DNA of 64,000 nt from a virus (lineage: Duplodnaviria; Caudoviricetes): IMG/VR virus record IMGVR_UViG_2706795742_000001, positions 11,168 through 75,167 of that record, one strand, 5' to 3'. Of this stretch, positions 48,053-57,508 are shown one piece after another (the stretch's first letter is position 1; each line of letters starts with the position of its first letter). The notes below the pieces were generated by a model. That model ran no database searches, was not told the origin of the DNA, and saw nothing but the letters and a program-made list of their open reading frames with translations. The translations under genes were made by a program, and so were the position numbers.

Positions 48053-48805
48053 TTACTTACCATCTTTCTTGGTTGAGTTGGTGCCACTGGAAACTACAGA
48101 GTCGAGTACATTTGAATTTGCATTCATAACCTTTGCGAACTCATTGAGCATAATCATGTAAAGCGCAGGATCATGGAGCTGCTTTTCTCCCCAGCATTCC
48201 TGATAATGCTCAACACAGGAACTGTATAGGTCCTTGATTTCGGCAAACTCGGTGAGATTATCCTCGTCAATAGTGGGCCAAATGTCATGCCATGCGGCGT
48301 CATGTTGCTGAATTCCGCCACCCGCCACCCATGCGTCTGCTCGAATGAACTCGATTTCGATTCCAGCATTGAAGCACATTTCCGTATAGTGCTGAGAAAG
48401 CAAATTAAGAACATCTACATTCTTCTCGACTACCGTAATCCGCTCCGTAGCAGGCGCTAGCCGGACCAGGCCATGAATAACCATTCCCAGTCCCAAGCCA
48501 GTAACAATTACTGACTTGTACTCACTGGAAATGCACTTACGAATAAACCACAGGTGATCCATTCGCTCAGAAAAAGTGTCACTCACACAAAGCGAGTCAT
48601 ACATATACAGCGCAGTATATTCTCCCGGTGGAGTATATGCACGCGGCCCGTTACTGCCAGACATTGAGCGAATTACTTCATCCTGTGTGACCTGAATCTT
48701 CTTGACGGAGATATTCTTTCGCTCACCTACGGGAACATTCACCTTCATGGTGGAAAGCTGTTCGGCAACTTCATTGATTAACATTTCTGCCTTTGTGAGT
48801 TTCAC
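48053..48805 (-). CDS. class I SAM-dependent methyltransferase (spermidine-synthase-like fold)
   Basis: VIVTGLGLG, ITVVEK, IRADAW, DAAWHDIW. Confidence 0.75.
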   Translation of the reverse strand: MKLTKAEMLINEVAEQLSTMKVNVPVGERKNISVKKIQVTQDEVIRSMSGSNGPRAYTPPGEYTALYMYDSLCVSDTFSERMDHLWFIRKCISSEYKSVIVTGLGLGMVIHGLVRLAPATERITVVEKNVDVLNLLSQHYTEMCFNAGIEIEFIRADAWVAGGGIQQHDAAWHDIWPTIDEDNLTEFAEIKDLYSSCVEHYQECWGEKQLHDPALYMIMLNEFAKVMNANSNVLDSVVSSGTNSTKKDGK

Positions 48806-49413
48806 TTGGCACGCTCCTTCGGCATTTTGTCAGCGAATACATTGCAGCGATCCAAAAGCTGCTCGGGTTCCATGTAGTCTCGATACGAACCATCATTCAT
48901 GGCAAACAGAATTGCATTTCGCAACTGTGCCTTACTCCATTTCGTGTGACCTTTGAATGCATTATGCTTTGAAAGTGAACTGTCCTTGATTTCTTTCAGC
49001 ATTTTCTTGTGAGTCATCCGGTCAATCGTTCCACTGTGATTTGCTGCCCACAGATCATTGATTGCCTTATTCAGCCAGCGCGGCACGGTCTCACCAGAGT
49101 AATAAGTGCGCACTTCCTCGAAACCATTCGAGCGAGTATTGAATCCTGCAATATAGTTGCGCTTGTAAACTACAGCCTTATGGAAGAATGATCCAAAGGT
49201 ATAGATTTTGATATGATCCGGAACGAACTTTTTGGCATGAATCCATACCGTCTTACCGCCGATTTCTCCGCATACCGACCTGGTATCTGGCAGCACCGGC
49301 GCAGCATTATGAACAATGCCATGAGTTACGGCGTAAATCTTTGTCTCAGAGTACGGATAAAGTTCTGCGTGAGCCTGAGTTTTCTTGCTTGTCTTGCTTG
49401 TCTTGCCTGTCAT
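48802..49413 (-). CDS. hypothetical protein
   Basis: 203 aa, GGCAGG RBS variant. Confidence 0.7.
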   Translation of the reverse strand: MTGKTSKTSKKTQAHAELYPYSETKIYAVTHGIVHNAAPVLPDTRSVCGEIGGKTVWIHAKKFVPDHIKIYTFGSFFHKAVVYKRNYIAGFNTRSNGFEEVRTYYSGETVPRWLNKAINDLWAANHSGTIDRMTHKKMLKEIKDSSLSKHNAFKGHTKWSKAQLRNAILFAMNDGSYRDYMEPEQLLDRCNVFADKMPKERAK

Positions 49414-49549
49414 TTTTTGTTTCCTGCCTGAAAAAACTCTGTGCTGTGTTTGTTAAACATTTCCCCCAAATATTCGGGGTAAATACTTGAGAAAAAATCC
49501 CCCAAATATTCCCCCAAATACTTGAAGCTAATACTTGAAGCCTATCCGG

Positions 49550-49741
49550 CTAGCGCGGCTGCTCTGCGATGATTTCCTTTCCGCCGTCGCGGTACCACTT
49601 GACGAATTTGACGGCCTCTTCGTAGAAACCGCTCGCGGGATTGAGGTCCCGCGTTCCCTTAATGAGAATTTCGCTCAGCGGAACCGTCTTTGAAATAAGG
49701 TTCGCTTCTTCGGTTGTTACTGTGATCTTTTCGGTTGCCAC
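49550..49741 (-). CDS. small hypothetical protein
   Basis: 63 aa, GTG start, AGAAAG RBS. Confidence 0.55.
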   Translation of the reverse strand: MATEKITVTTEEANLISKTVPLSEILIKGTRDLNPASGFYEEAVKFVKWYRDGGKEIIAEQPR

Positions 49742-50299
49742 GGTGAAATCTTTCTATGCGTTGATTAACGGGGTCTGGCATATAGCCGGCGAGCTAGGCT
49801 GTGATATTCGTGAACCTGGAAAATTCCCCCTAAGTCTCTGTTATTGCTTTCTGTCTCTGCTGAGCGTGTCCCTACGCGGCCCGCTGAGCGCTCCCCTGTA
49901 CGTTGCCGGTACTCGGTGACCAGCGACCGGAAAACGTCGCCTAGCGGGCCGCTCAGCGGGTAATCCTGAGCGCGTCGGCGCGGGCCGCTGAGCGGGTCGC
50001 CGGGTGACCAGCGCCGACGCTCAGCGGGTACCGGCCACCGGCGCGCGCTGAGCCGGTACGTCGGCACGCTGAGCGGGTAACGCGCTGCCCAGCGTGCCGA
50101 CGTACCGGCGCATTACGTCACTGTGACGAATGGAATCTGACCGGCTGAAAGTGCAGACGTACCGACTTATTAAACTCGGCGCGTTCTCTAGCTCGGTATA
50201 TTTTTGTCGACACGGCAGTTTCGTAAATCCGCCCGATATGCTCGGTTCGGTTAAGAACCGAGCCAAGCATATTCGCCGGGCCGGTGTGAATTGCACTCA

Positions 50300-52891
50300 T
50301 CACAAAATCCTCTTTTCAATCTCAGAAAGCAGGAACTTCATATCGGCACTGTCTTTCATAAGCACAGTGTCGAAGCCGAATTTCTTCGGTGAGTCAGTCA
50401 TCATGCCGACGCACAGAACCGAAATTCCAAGACGCTTGCAATTCTCGATTTCTCGAAGAATAAGCGCCTCTTCTTCGTCGGTATTCTGCTCCGGGATTTT
50501 ACCGTCGGTGAAGTATATAATCATCTTCTTATTGGCGCGCGAACGCTCCAACTTCTTCCGGTAGAATTCCAGATTGTGACCGTCAAGACTTCCGCCGGAA
50601 TCTCGCAAATCCTTGAGCATTTGCTGAGCCTTGTCGTCCCACGGCTTATTGAGCGCCTTGCACTCAATCATCTGCTGCAAATATCCGTCATCATGCTGAT
50701 CGTAGTTGAACGTATGAGCATACATTCCGAAATTCACGCCAGTCTTATGGAAAAGGCTGGCAATGTAGAATCCGGCGGACTTAATATCAGAAAGCAGAGT
50801 CTTTCCATAGTTGCTCTGAGACATTGAGCTAGTGCTACCGGAAACGTCCAAACCGACGATAATGTCGAAATCGACACCCTCTGCAATATGGCGCTTCTGG
50901 AACAGGCGATCGTCACCATATGCAAACCGGGAAAGCGAACGGCTAGAAACACGGCCCGTCTTAAGGTTACGCTCGTATCGGTCCTTTTTGCTGTCGCCGA
51001 ATACGCGCTTAGCCTTAAGCAGAGCGCCAGCCATGACGCTAGTCACGTTATCCTCGTTGATTGCATGACGAGGATTGTCACGGTCGAAAATGTAACTAGA
51101 ACCGTAACCGGACTGATCGGAATAAGTCTTGACTCCGTTCACGTCAACGGAAATGGAATCGAAATCCTCAGACTGTCGGGCGATCCGGTCCATATCCTTC
51201 GGGTCAATAGCGTCCATATCGAATTCCTGATCGGAATTCTCGTCATGGTTACTGTCGTCCTTTTCGGCGTGAGCGTGACCGAGCGCCTGCTGTAGAGCCT
51301 TTTCCAGGTCCTCACGAGAAACCTCGACGGTTTCGGAATCATCGTCGGAATCTTGCTCAGAATTAACAGCGTCCTGACCGGCATTCTTTGAGTTTTCGTT
51401 TCCAGCGTTCATTCCGGAATTGTCACCCTGAGAAGCCGACTCGGCATTATCCTGCTCAGAATCAGAGTCAGAGTCAGAATCTTCTTCACCGTGATTTCCG
51501 TCGCCAGATTCGGAAATATCTCCCGTGCCATGCTCTGCTGAGTTATCAGCATTATCGGAATCGTCGGCGTCGGAATCGTCGGCGTCGGAATCCTGGTCAG
51601 AGTCTCCGGAATCGGTGTCGCCGGAATCCTGCTCAGAATCCCCCAAATCCTGCTCAGAATTACTCGACTCTGAATCTCCGGAATCACCGTCATCCTGAGA
51701 ATCCTGGTCAGAGTCACCGGAATTGCCGTCCTGTGCGGAATCACTCTCATCCTGAGAATCCTGGTCAGAGTCAGAGCTATCGGCGTTATCGGCGCTCTCA
51801 TCCTGAGAATCCTGCTCAGAATCTACGGAATCGGTGTCGCCGGAATCCTGCTCAGCGCTTTCACCGGATTCTGAGCTATCAGCCTGGTCTGCCTGGTCAG
51901 AATTATCTGCCTGGTCTGCCTGAGAATCCTGCTTTTCGTCAGAATCATCGGTAGTTTCAGGCTTCGGCGGCGTGTAATCGTCATGTGGGAAGAATTCACC
52001 CTGAGACATTTCACAGATAACAGCGGAAAGAATCACGGCGCGCATAGCGGTTTCTTCCAGCGATTCGGGAACGTAAAGCATTCCCATTTCGTCCAGTGCG
52101 TTAACGATTTCGACGGCGCGGCGATTAAGGCGACCATCAATTTCGTGTCCCTGAGTCTTGAAAAGAATGCCCACCTGAATCTGAGCGGCAACCGGCATAT
52201 TCTTCCAAAGAACTTTGGTTCCGTCGGTCAAGCTAATTCCGTCATTCAGAACATTCTCGCCCTGGAAATAACGCTGCTCAGTGAGCCCCGGTCGGGCGAC
52301 GCTGGCAATGTAATCAATGCGCGTATCTTCCACAACCAAAACCATAGGAACGGCTGCTTTGTAAACAGCTTCCACGAATTCCTGAGCACCGGCATAGCTG
52401 TAGCTGTTATTTCGCATGGCACCCAAAAACCGAATGCTCAGGCCGGAAATGAAATCGTCTGAGACACCGGCGGCCTTAAGCTCGGACTCGAACTTATTCT
52501 TGGTGTCAGTGAGCGACTTAAAGGCGAGCTTGTCAAAGCTGCCATTAACGCAGTGAGAGATTTCATGGTAAAGACCAGAGTAAATCTCTTCCCACTTTTC
52601 GCAAGCCTCACAAATCATGAGGCCGGTTTTCTCATCACGAATTTCGCAAATCGTGTAATCGTGCTGAGTATTACGAGCCAGGCTAACCGGCGGGCGAACA
52701 TAAATCTTTTTGCCGTCCGTCGCGGTATTCTTGCCAGCGACAACCTGGAAATTCGGACGCTTGACACCGGCTGCTTTTGCGGCTGCATTCGCAAACCGGG
52801 TCAGGTCAGTGGAAATCCGGCGGAATTCCTTTATAGCCTTTTCAGCGTTAAGCTGAGACTTGGTAACATACTGACCATTAACGTACGGCAT
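50300..52891 (-). CDS. VWA-domain protein (CobT-like) with HExxH N-domain and acidic linker
   Basis: YHEISH...VEDTRID; ~220-aa D/S/Q/E linker; MIDAS DVSGS...G...TDG. Confidence 0.9.
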   Translation of the reverse strand: MPYVNGQYVTKSQLNAEKAIKEFRRISTDLTRFANAAAKAAGVKRPNFQVVAGKNTATDGKKIYVRPPVSLARNTQHDYTICEIRDEKTGLMICEACEKWEEIYSGLYHEISHCVNGSFDKLAFKSLTDTKNKFESELKAAGVSDDFISGLSIRFLGAMRNNSYSYAGAQEFVEAVYKAAVPMVLVVEDTRIDYIASVARPGLTEQRYFQGENVLNDGISLTDGTKVLWKNMPVAAQIQVGILFKTQGHEIDGRLNRRAVEIVNALDEMGMLYVPESLEETAMRAVILSAVICEMSQGEFFPHDDYTPPKPETTDDSDEKQDSQADQADNSDQADQADSSESGESAEQDSGDTDSVDSEQDSQDESADNADSSDSDQDSQDESDSAQDGNSGDSDQDSQDDGDSGDSESSNSEQDLGDSEQDSGDTDSGDSDQDSDADDSDADDSDNADNSAEHGTGDISESGDGNHGEEDSDSDSDSEQDNAESASQGDNSGMNAGNENSKNAGQDAVNSEQDSDDDSETVEVSREDLEKALQQALGHAHAEKDDSNHDENSDQEFDMDAIDPKDMDRIARQSEDFDSISVDVNGVKTYSDQSGYGSSYIFDRDNPRHAINEDNVTSVMAGALLKAKRVFGDSKKDRYERNLKTGRVSSRSLSRFAYGDDRLFQKRHIAEGVDFDIIVGLDVSGSTSSMSQSNYGKTLLSDIKSAGFYIASLFHKTGVNFGMYAHTFNYDQHDDGYLQQMIECKALNKPWDDKAQQMLKDLRDSGGSLDGHNLEFYRKKLERSRANKKMIIYFTDGKIPEQNTDEEEALILREIENCKRLGISVLCVGMMTDSPKKFGFDTVLMKDSADMKFLLSEIEKRIL

Positions 52892-52958
52892 GAGATTTCC
52901 TGTCTAGTGTTGATTAAAAACTGTGAGTGTAGGTGCTGTGACGCTGTGAGTATATCCC

Positions 52959-52994
52959 GGTCCGGCTAGCGGTATGAATGCCGCTAGCCGGACC
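52959..52994. terminator. 14-bp hairpin between AAA and VWA genes
   Basis: ggtccggctagcgg / ccgctagccggacc. Confidence 0.6.
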
Positions 52995-53012
52995 AGAATA
53001 AGCCGACAGTGC

Positions 53013-54839
53013 CTAGTAACGCGGCTTATTTCGACTGCCCGGCGGGCGCCCGCGTCGGCGTCCGGTTTGCGCTTGACCGTCGTGAGCGCGGACAATCTGG
53101 AAAATCTGCTCTGCCTGGTCCGGGTCCAGGAAATCCGCGATTGCCATACGGTAAGCGTCGCGCAGATTCAAGAAACTCAGAACCCGCGAAACCTTGATTT
53201 GCTCGCGCACTCCCCAATGCAGCGGAAAATCATTCTCGCTCAGTTCACGAATATCGGTTGCGATATTCATAACCTTTTCGAGCTTGTCGTCTGGGATCTG
53301 AAATCCCACGTTCTTGCACGCCTTCTGAATGATTTTGCGCTCAAGCGTGGCATTCGGTGGGGTCACCTGAATATGCATGAGACGCGAAACGTCAGCGGCT
53401 GAGATTTCGTGAGTACCGACGTTGCGCATATCCCACGCGGGATTAAACGCCATACCCAAGAAATTGTGTTCGTGCTTTTGGATTCGCTCGCCCTCGTTTG
53501 TGTCCAAAACGAGTTGCTTGGAATTATCCGTGAGCGGCCGCAAAAACTGCCAAACCTCATCCGGGCCGGTATTCGGTTCGTCCACCAGCATTACGCACGG
53601 TTTCGACCATTGCGAAGTCAAACGGCCATACTTGAAATATGTGCCCTTATCCGGCGAGACGTGCATTTTACCGGCAAGGTCGTCTTTCTCTGTCCGGTTG
53701 TCAATGCTCAACCGAACAAAAGGCAGTTGCATAACCCAAGCGGCATACCGGAAAAACTCAGTCTTTCCGGTTCCCGGAATTCCGTTTACCGCCGGGGTCA
53801 TTCCCATATTCCAGAGACCGGCAACCTTATACAGCAGGTTTTGGTGATCCTGGTAATCTTCCGGGTGCTCATCGTCTCCGGACATGGGAATCATTGCGCG
53901 CTGATCGTCCGCAAAAAACTGCGGATCGAAAATCGGAAGATGCAGGCTCATGGAATTGTCGTCGGCGCTGGTAATCTTTCGCCAGCCGCGAATTCCCATC
54001 TGCTTATCTTCCATGCTCGCGTCCTTATCAGGCGCGGTAGCCGGGTCAATTGCGCGCTTGCGGCCACGTCCGGAAACAGAACCGGAAACACCAGCGTCAG
54101 AATCAACCGTGCTATTTCCGACCTGTAGCGGCGCGGTACCGACGTGAGTGTCAATAACGTAAGTGCTGAGCATGGTTCCAGCCTCACGATTACCGACATT
54201 CGCGCCGACGTTGCAATCTTTAGCAACTTCGGCGGTGTCATTGTCACGAATGACAATGTTTCGGCGAGAGCACGACTTAACCGGGAGTCCGGCCTTTTCG
54301 ATGGTTTCGGATTCAGAATTGAAGAAAATGCAATTCTGGCAGTTGTTTACAGCGTCCGAAACGTAACCCTGGTCACCGCTTGCCGCATTCAGCAGGAGCT
54401 GATTAAACGAAACAACCGAATTACGCGCACCGTCTATAACGGCATTTCGCACAGCCTGCCCGCTGGTCTCGTTGAATTCCGAGCAACGATCCGCCATAGT
54501 GCGCAAAAGGTCTACACTGTCTTCGGTGGTGTATATATTCGTGAGAAAGATTCCACGCTTTGCGCAAACAGAACCGCCGGAAACCTTGCCGAGAACTTCG
54601 ATTTGCCTATTGACGTCATTTGCGCCAATAAAGAAAATGCAATTCTCGCAAGACTTAACGGCGCTTGCATTCTGTTGCACGGTGGGCACGGTCGGCATAA
54701 CCGGAGTAACCGGAGCTTTCGGGGCTGCTGGCATAACCGGAGCGGGTGATGCAGTCTGAGCATTTCCCGGCACAGCGGGAATATTCGGACGCGAATTAGC
54801 GGCCAAATTTCCCGGTAGTGGAGGCGTCGGAATAGTCAT
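53013..54839 (-). CDS. MoxR/CobS-type AAA+ ATPase with two Cys4 repeats and C-terminal AT-hook
   Basis: Walker A GIPGTGKT, Walker B LVDEPN, AFNP; adjacent VWA partner. Confidence 0.9.
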   Translation of the reverse strand: MTIPTPPLPGNLAANSRPNIPAVPGNAQTASPAPVMPAAPKAPVTPVMPTVPTVQQNASAVKSCENCIFFIGANDVNRQIEVLGKVSGGSVCAKRGIFLTNIYTTEDSVDLLRTMADRCSEFNETSGQAVRNAVIDGARNSVVSFNQLLLNAASGDQGYVSDAVNNCQNCIFFNSESETIEKAGLPVKSCSRRNIVIRDNDTAEVAKDCNVGANVGNREAGTMLSTYVIDTHVGTAPLQVGNSTVDSDAGVSGSVSGRGRKRAIDPATAPDKDASMEDKQMGIRGWRKITSADDNSMSLHLPIFDPQFFADDQRAMIPMSGDDEHPEDYQDHQNLLYKVAGLWNMGMTPAVNGIPGTGKTEFFRYAAWVMQLPFVRLSIDNRTEKDDLAGKMHVSPDKGTYFKYGRLTSQWSKPCVMLVDEPNTGPDEVWQFLRPLTDNSKQLVLDTNEGERIQKHEHNFLGMAFNPAWDMRNVGTHEISAADVSRLMHIQVTPPNATLERKIIQKACKNVGFQIPDDKLEKVMNIATDIRELSENDFPLHWGVREQIKVSRVLSFLNLRDAYRMAIADFLDPDQAEQIFQIVRAHDGQAQTGRRRGRPPGSRNKPRY

Positions 54840-55155
54840 TTTCTCAGAATCCCCTTTACAGTGAGTGAAAGCGTAGGCACGGCTACGCGCTACGCGGTAG
54901 CGCGTGCGTACAGAGTAACACGCGCGCTAGCGTAAGCGCAAACAAGTAACGTAAGCGCTGGTCAGCGGCACGCGGTAGCCGGTGCTAGCTGTAGCTAGCA
55001 CTAGGTCTAGGTAGGCGCTGATAGGTTCTAATAAGTGCTGAGAAATGAGAGTGATAAGAAATTTTTGAAGCTGGTGTGAAAATAAAATCTCAAAATAATT
55101 CTCCCAAAAAATCCACCAAAAATACTTGAGCAATTACTTGAATGAAAATTTTTCT

Positions 55156-55198
55156 CCCAAAAAATCCCCCCCAAAAAATCCCCCCAAAAAAATCCCCC
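55156..55198 (-). repeat. G-tract/T-tract tandem repeat (G-quadruplex-compatible)
   Basis: - strand G5-A-T7-G6-A-T6-G7-A-T6-G3. Confidence 0.7.
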
Positions 55199-55638
55199 AA
55201 ATACTTGAATCTATTACTTGACGTGCGCGAAAAGCTCACACAGTTTTTCTATTACGGGACTGGCATATTGCCGGCGATTCAGCCTGTCCGGAATGAATCA
55301 GGGACCGGCATTCCGCCGGCTGTTAGCGCTGATATTCATTTAGGGTGACCTAACCAGTATTGCCCGGATATTCTGAGACAGAAAAATTCCGCTCAGCTAA
55401 TAACTCTGAGCGGGCACAAAAACCAGGCCAGCGCCGAATATCGCGGCACGCGCTGAGAAACTTTTCAGTGAGCTAATAGCCGGGCGCGCTGAGAAATTTT
55501 CAGCCGAAACCAGCCGAAAACCTAGCGCTTGCAACTGTTTAAGAAAGTGCTTGCAATAGTTAGCACCACTGCCGGCGAGTTGCCAGTCCCAAAATATGAG
55601 ACAGGATTCTCAGCGCGTGAGAACGCTCAAAAAGGCGT

Positions 55639-56063
55639 CTAGCGCGCTCTGTGCTGGCCTTAACGCGCTACCGGCTACCGGGTGACCGGCAAGCGCTGAA
55701 ACACGCTCAGCGGGCCGCGCTGAGCCGAATAAGCGCGTAGCGCGTGCTCAGCGACGGGGGAGCGCGTTAAGGCCAGTAGCGGCCCGCTGGTCTGCCGAAG
55801 TCTCAGCGCGGGCCGCTAGCTTGCTCTGTGCTGGCCTTAGCGCGCTCCCGGCTACCGGGTGACCCGGTGACGCTGAAAGTCGCTCAGCGTGCCAGATAGC
55901 GCGCAAAAACAGCGCGCGGCAAGTCTCAGCGTCCCGCGCGGTAATGCCGTACCGGGTCCGACCACCGCGCGGTATGGCTGTAATGGTCCCTAGCTTGCTC
56001 TGTGCTGGCCTTAAAGCGCTACCGGCTACCGGGTGACCCGGTGACGCTGAAAGTCGCTCAGCG
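55639..56063. repeat. three 74-bp direct repeats with ~100-bp spacers
   Basis: Copies at 55639-55712, 55816-55889, 55990-56063. Confidence 0.9.
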
Positions 56064-56078
56064 TGGCGCACAGAGCGC

Positions 56079-56211
56079 AATAATCCCCCGTGCCTGGTCA
56101 ATCTGGCACGGGGGATTATTCGGCACGCTACGGGGGAGCGCTGGCAAGTATGGAATTAGTACAGATAACAGAATCCCCCGTGACTGGTTTTCAGTCACGG
56201 GGGATTCTGTT
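56079..56211. terminator. tandem strong hairpins downstream of the 297-aa gene
   Basis: 16-bp stem 56079-56120 and 20-bp stem 56167-56211, both with aatcccccgtg. Confidence 0.8.
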
Positions 56212-56226
56212 TACCGCTGTGCCGGA

Positions 56227-57120
56227 TTACTCGGCGTCGGCGCTCTCGGCGTCGGCGTCGTCGTCGCTCTCCGGGTCGCTGGCCTTAGCTGCGGCGACCT
56301 TTTCCGCTTCTGCTGCCTTTTCCGGGTCAATCGTGGAAAAGGTGCCGGGGCCGGTCGGCGCGACGTAACCGGGAACCGAGCGCACGCTACCCTTGGGCGG
56401 CTTACCCTGTCCGCCGGTGCTACGCCCGAGCGAAACACGCGCGGCTTGCTTAGCAAGCTCAGTAGCGTAAGGCTCAGGTGCGGACTCGCCACCCTCCAGC
56501 CATTCGGCGTAAGCCAGCGCCTCAGCGGCGACGTTTTCGGCGCTGGTCAGTTTCTCCACGTCTGCCAGAATCTCGGCGGTGTCGAACTTGCCAGCGCTGA
56601 GCATGGTTGCATAACCGAGCGAAACAGCGGCGACCATGCCGACGAAGTCGGCGCGCGGGTCGATGGTCTTACGCGGCGCGCCGCCGGTCTTTCCGTCGCT
56701 GAGAGCGCGCGTCACGTAGACGTTTTTCTCAGCATTGACCAGCGCCGCGAGAGTCTGACCGATCTCACCGGCGCGAGCGGTAGCGCCCGCCGGGTCGCCG
56801 ACGAAGTCGAGTTCGGTAAGCTCACCCTTAAGCGTGCTCTCGAAGTCACGGCGGAAAGTACGCGCCTGTCGCTTTTCGTCCTTGTCAAGCTCATTGAACT
56901 GAGAAACCAGCACGGCGACGATGTCGCTGTTCTTGTTTCCCAGGTCGGCGGCGCTGGCCTTAACGTCGTCACCGTCGGCGTCGCGGTAGGTACCGGCGAT
57001 AACGGCCTTAACGTCGTGATCGAACTTAATGGCCTTTTCGCTGTAGGTGTTCACGGTCGCGTCGGTTTCGGTCGCGTCGCTCTCGACGTTTTCGGTGGCC
57101 TGGTCAGCGGTAACAGTCAT
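56227..57120 (-). CDS. Ala-rich acidic hypothetical protein (297 aa)
   Basis: High GC3, CACAGACAGG motif before ATG 57120, own terminators. Confidence 0.85.
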   Translation of the reverse strand: MTVTADQATENVESDATETDATVNTYSEKAIKFDHDVKAVIAGTYRDADGDDVKASAADLGNKNSDIVAVLVSQFNELDKDEKRQARTFRRDFESTLKGELTELDFVGDPAGATARAGEIGQTLAALVNAEKNVYVTRALSDGKTGGAPRKTIDPRADFVGMVAAVSLGYATMLSAGKFDTAEILADVEKLTSAENVAAEALAYAEWLEGGESAPEPYATELAKQAARVSLGRSTGGQGKPPKGSVRSVPGYVAPTGPGTFSTIDPEKAAEAEKVAAAKASDPESDDDADAESADAE

Positions 57121-57433
57121 TTTCTCTGCCCTGTCTGTGGATTCTCCCCCGCCGGGGGGAGTAGCGCGGTGAGCTATCTTCGCTCTGTCTGCCGTGCTGA
57201 GAACCATTATGCACACCTAGCCGGGGGAGCGCAACTACCTTTAGGGACTGGCAGACCGCTAGCGCTCTGACCAGGCATTACGGGGGAAAATTCGCCGCAC
57301 CTAGTCGGACCGGATACCGGGTTACCGTGCCGCTGACCAGCGCTCAGCGGCACGGTAACCGGCGACGGGGGAGCGCGGCCCGGTCGCCGTGCTGGTCCCT
57401 CCCCCGTACGCGCGCGCGTAGGCGACGCTCTGC

Positions 57434-57506
57434 GGCCCGCTGAGCGGCAAAAACAGAGCGACCCGCTACCGGGTAGGTAGCGGGTCGCTCAGCGGCTCAG
57501 CGGGCC
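57434..57506. terminator. nested GC-rich hairpin after the 57509-58510 gene group
   Basis: gagcgacccgctacc/ggtagcgggtcgctc inside ggcccgctgagc/gctcagcgggcc. Confidence 0.65.
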
Positions 57507-57508
57507 GT

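Noticed and set aside
49765-50067. 100-aa Arg/Pro-rich ORF
   Set aside because: Composition reflects the GC-rich palindromic DNA; no RBS
50118-50303. 61-aa ORF overlapping the VWA stop
   Set aside because: TGATG overlap is suggestive, but it runs through a terminator-like hairpin and has no recognisable features; left uncalled
55639-56063. CRISPR array
   Set aside because: Repeats (74 bp) and spacers (~100 bp) are far longer than CRISPR units, there are only three copies and no cas operon; the Cas4-like gene is a solo phage nuclease 24 kb away
55748-56101. 117-aa ORF with internal repeat
   Set aside because: Simply the translation of the 74-bp repeat array
42504-57270. Long + strand ORFs opposite recombinase, AAA and 297-aa genes (42504-43301, 53409-54128, 56002-57270)
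   Set aside because: Shadow frames of well-supported - strand genes
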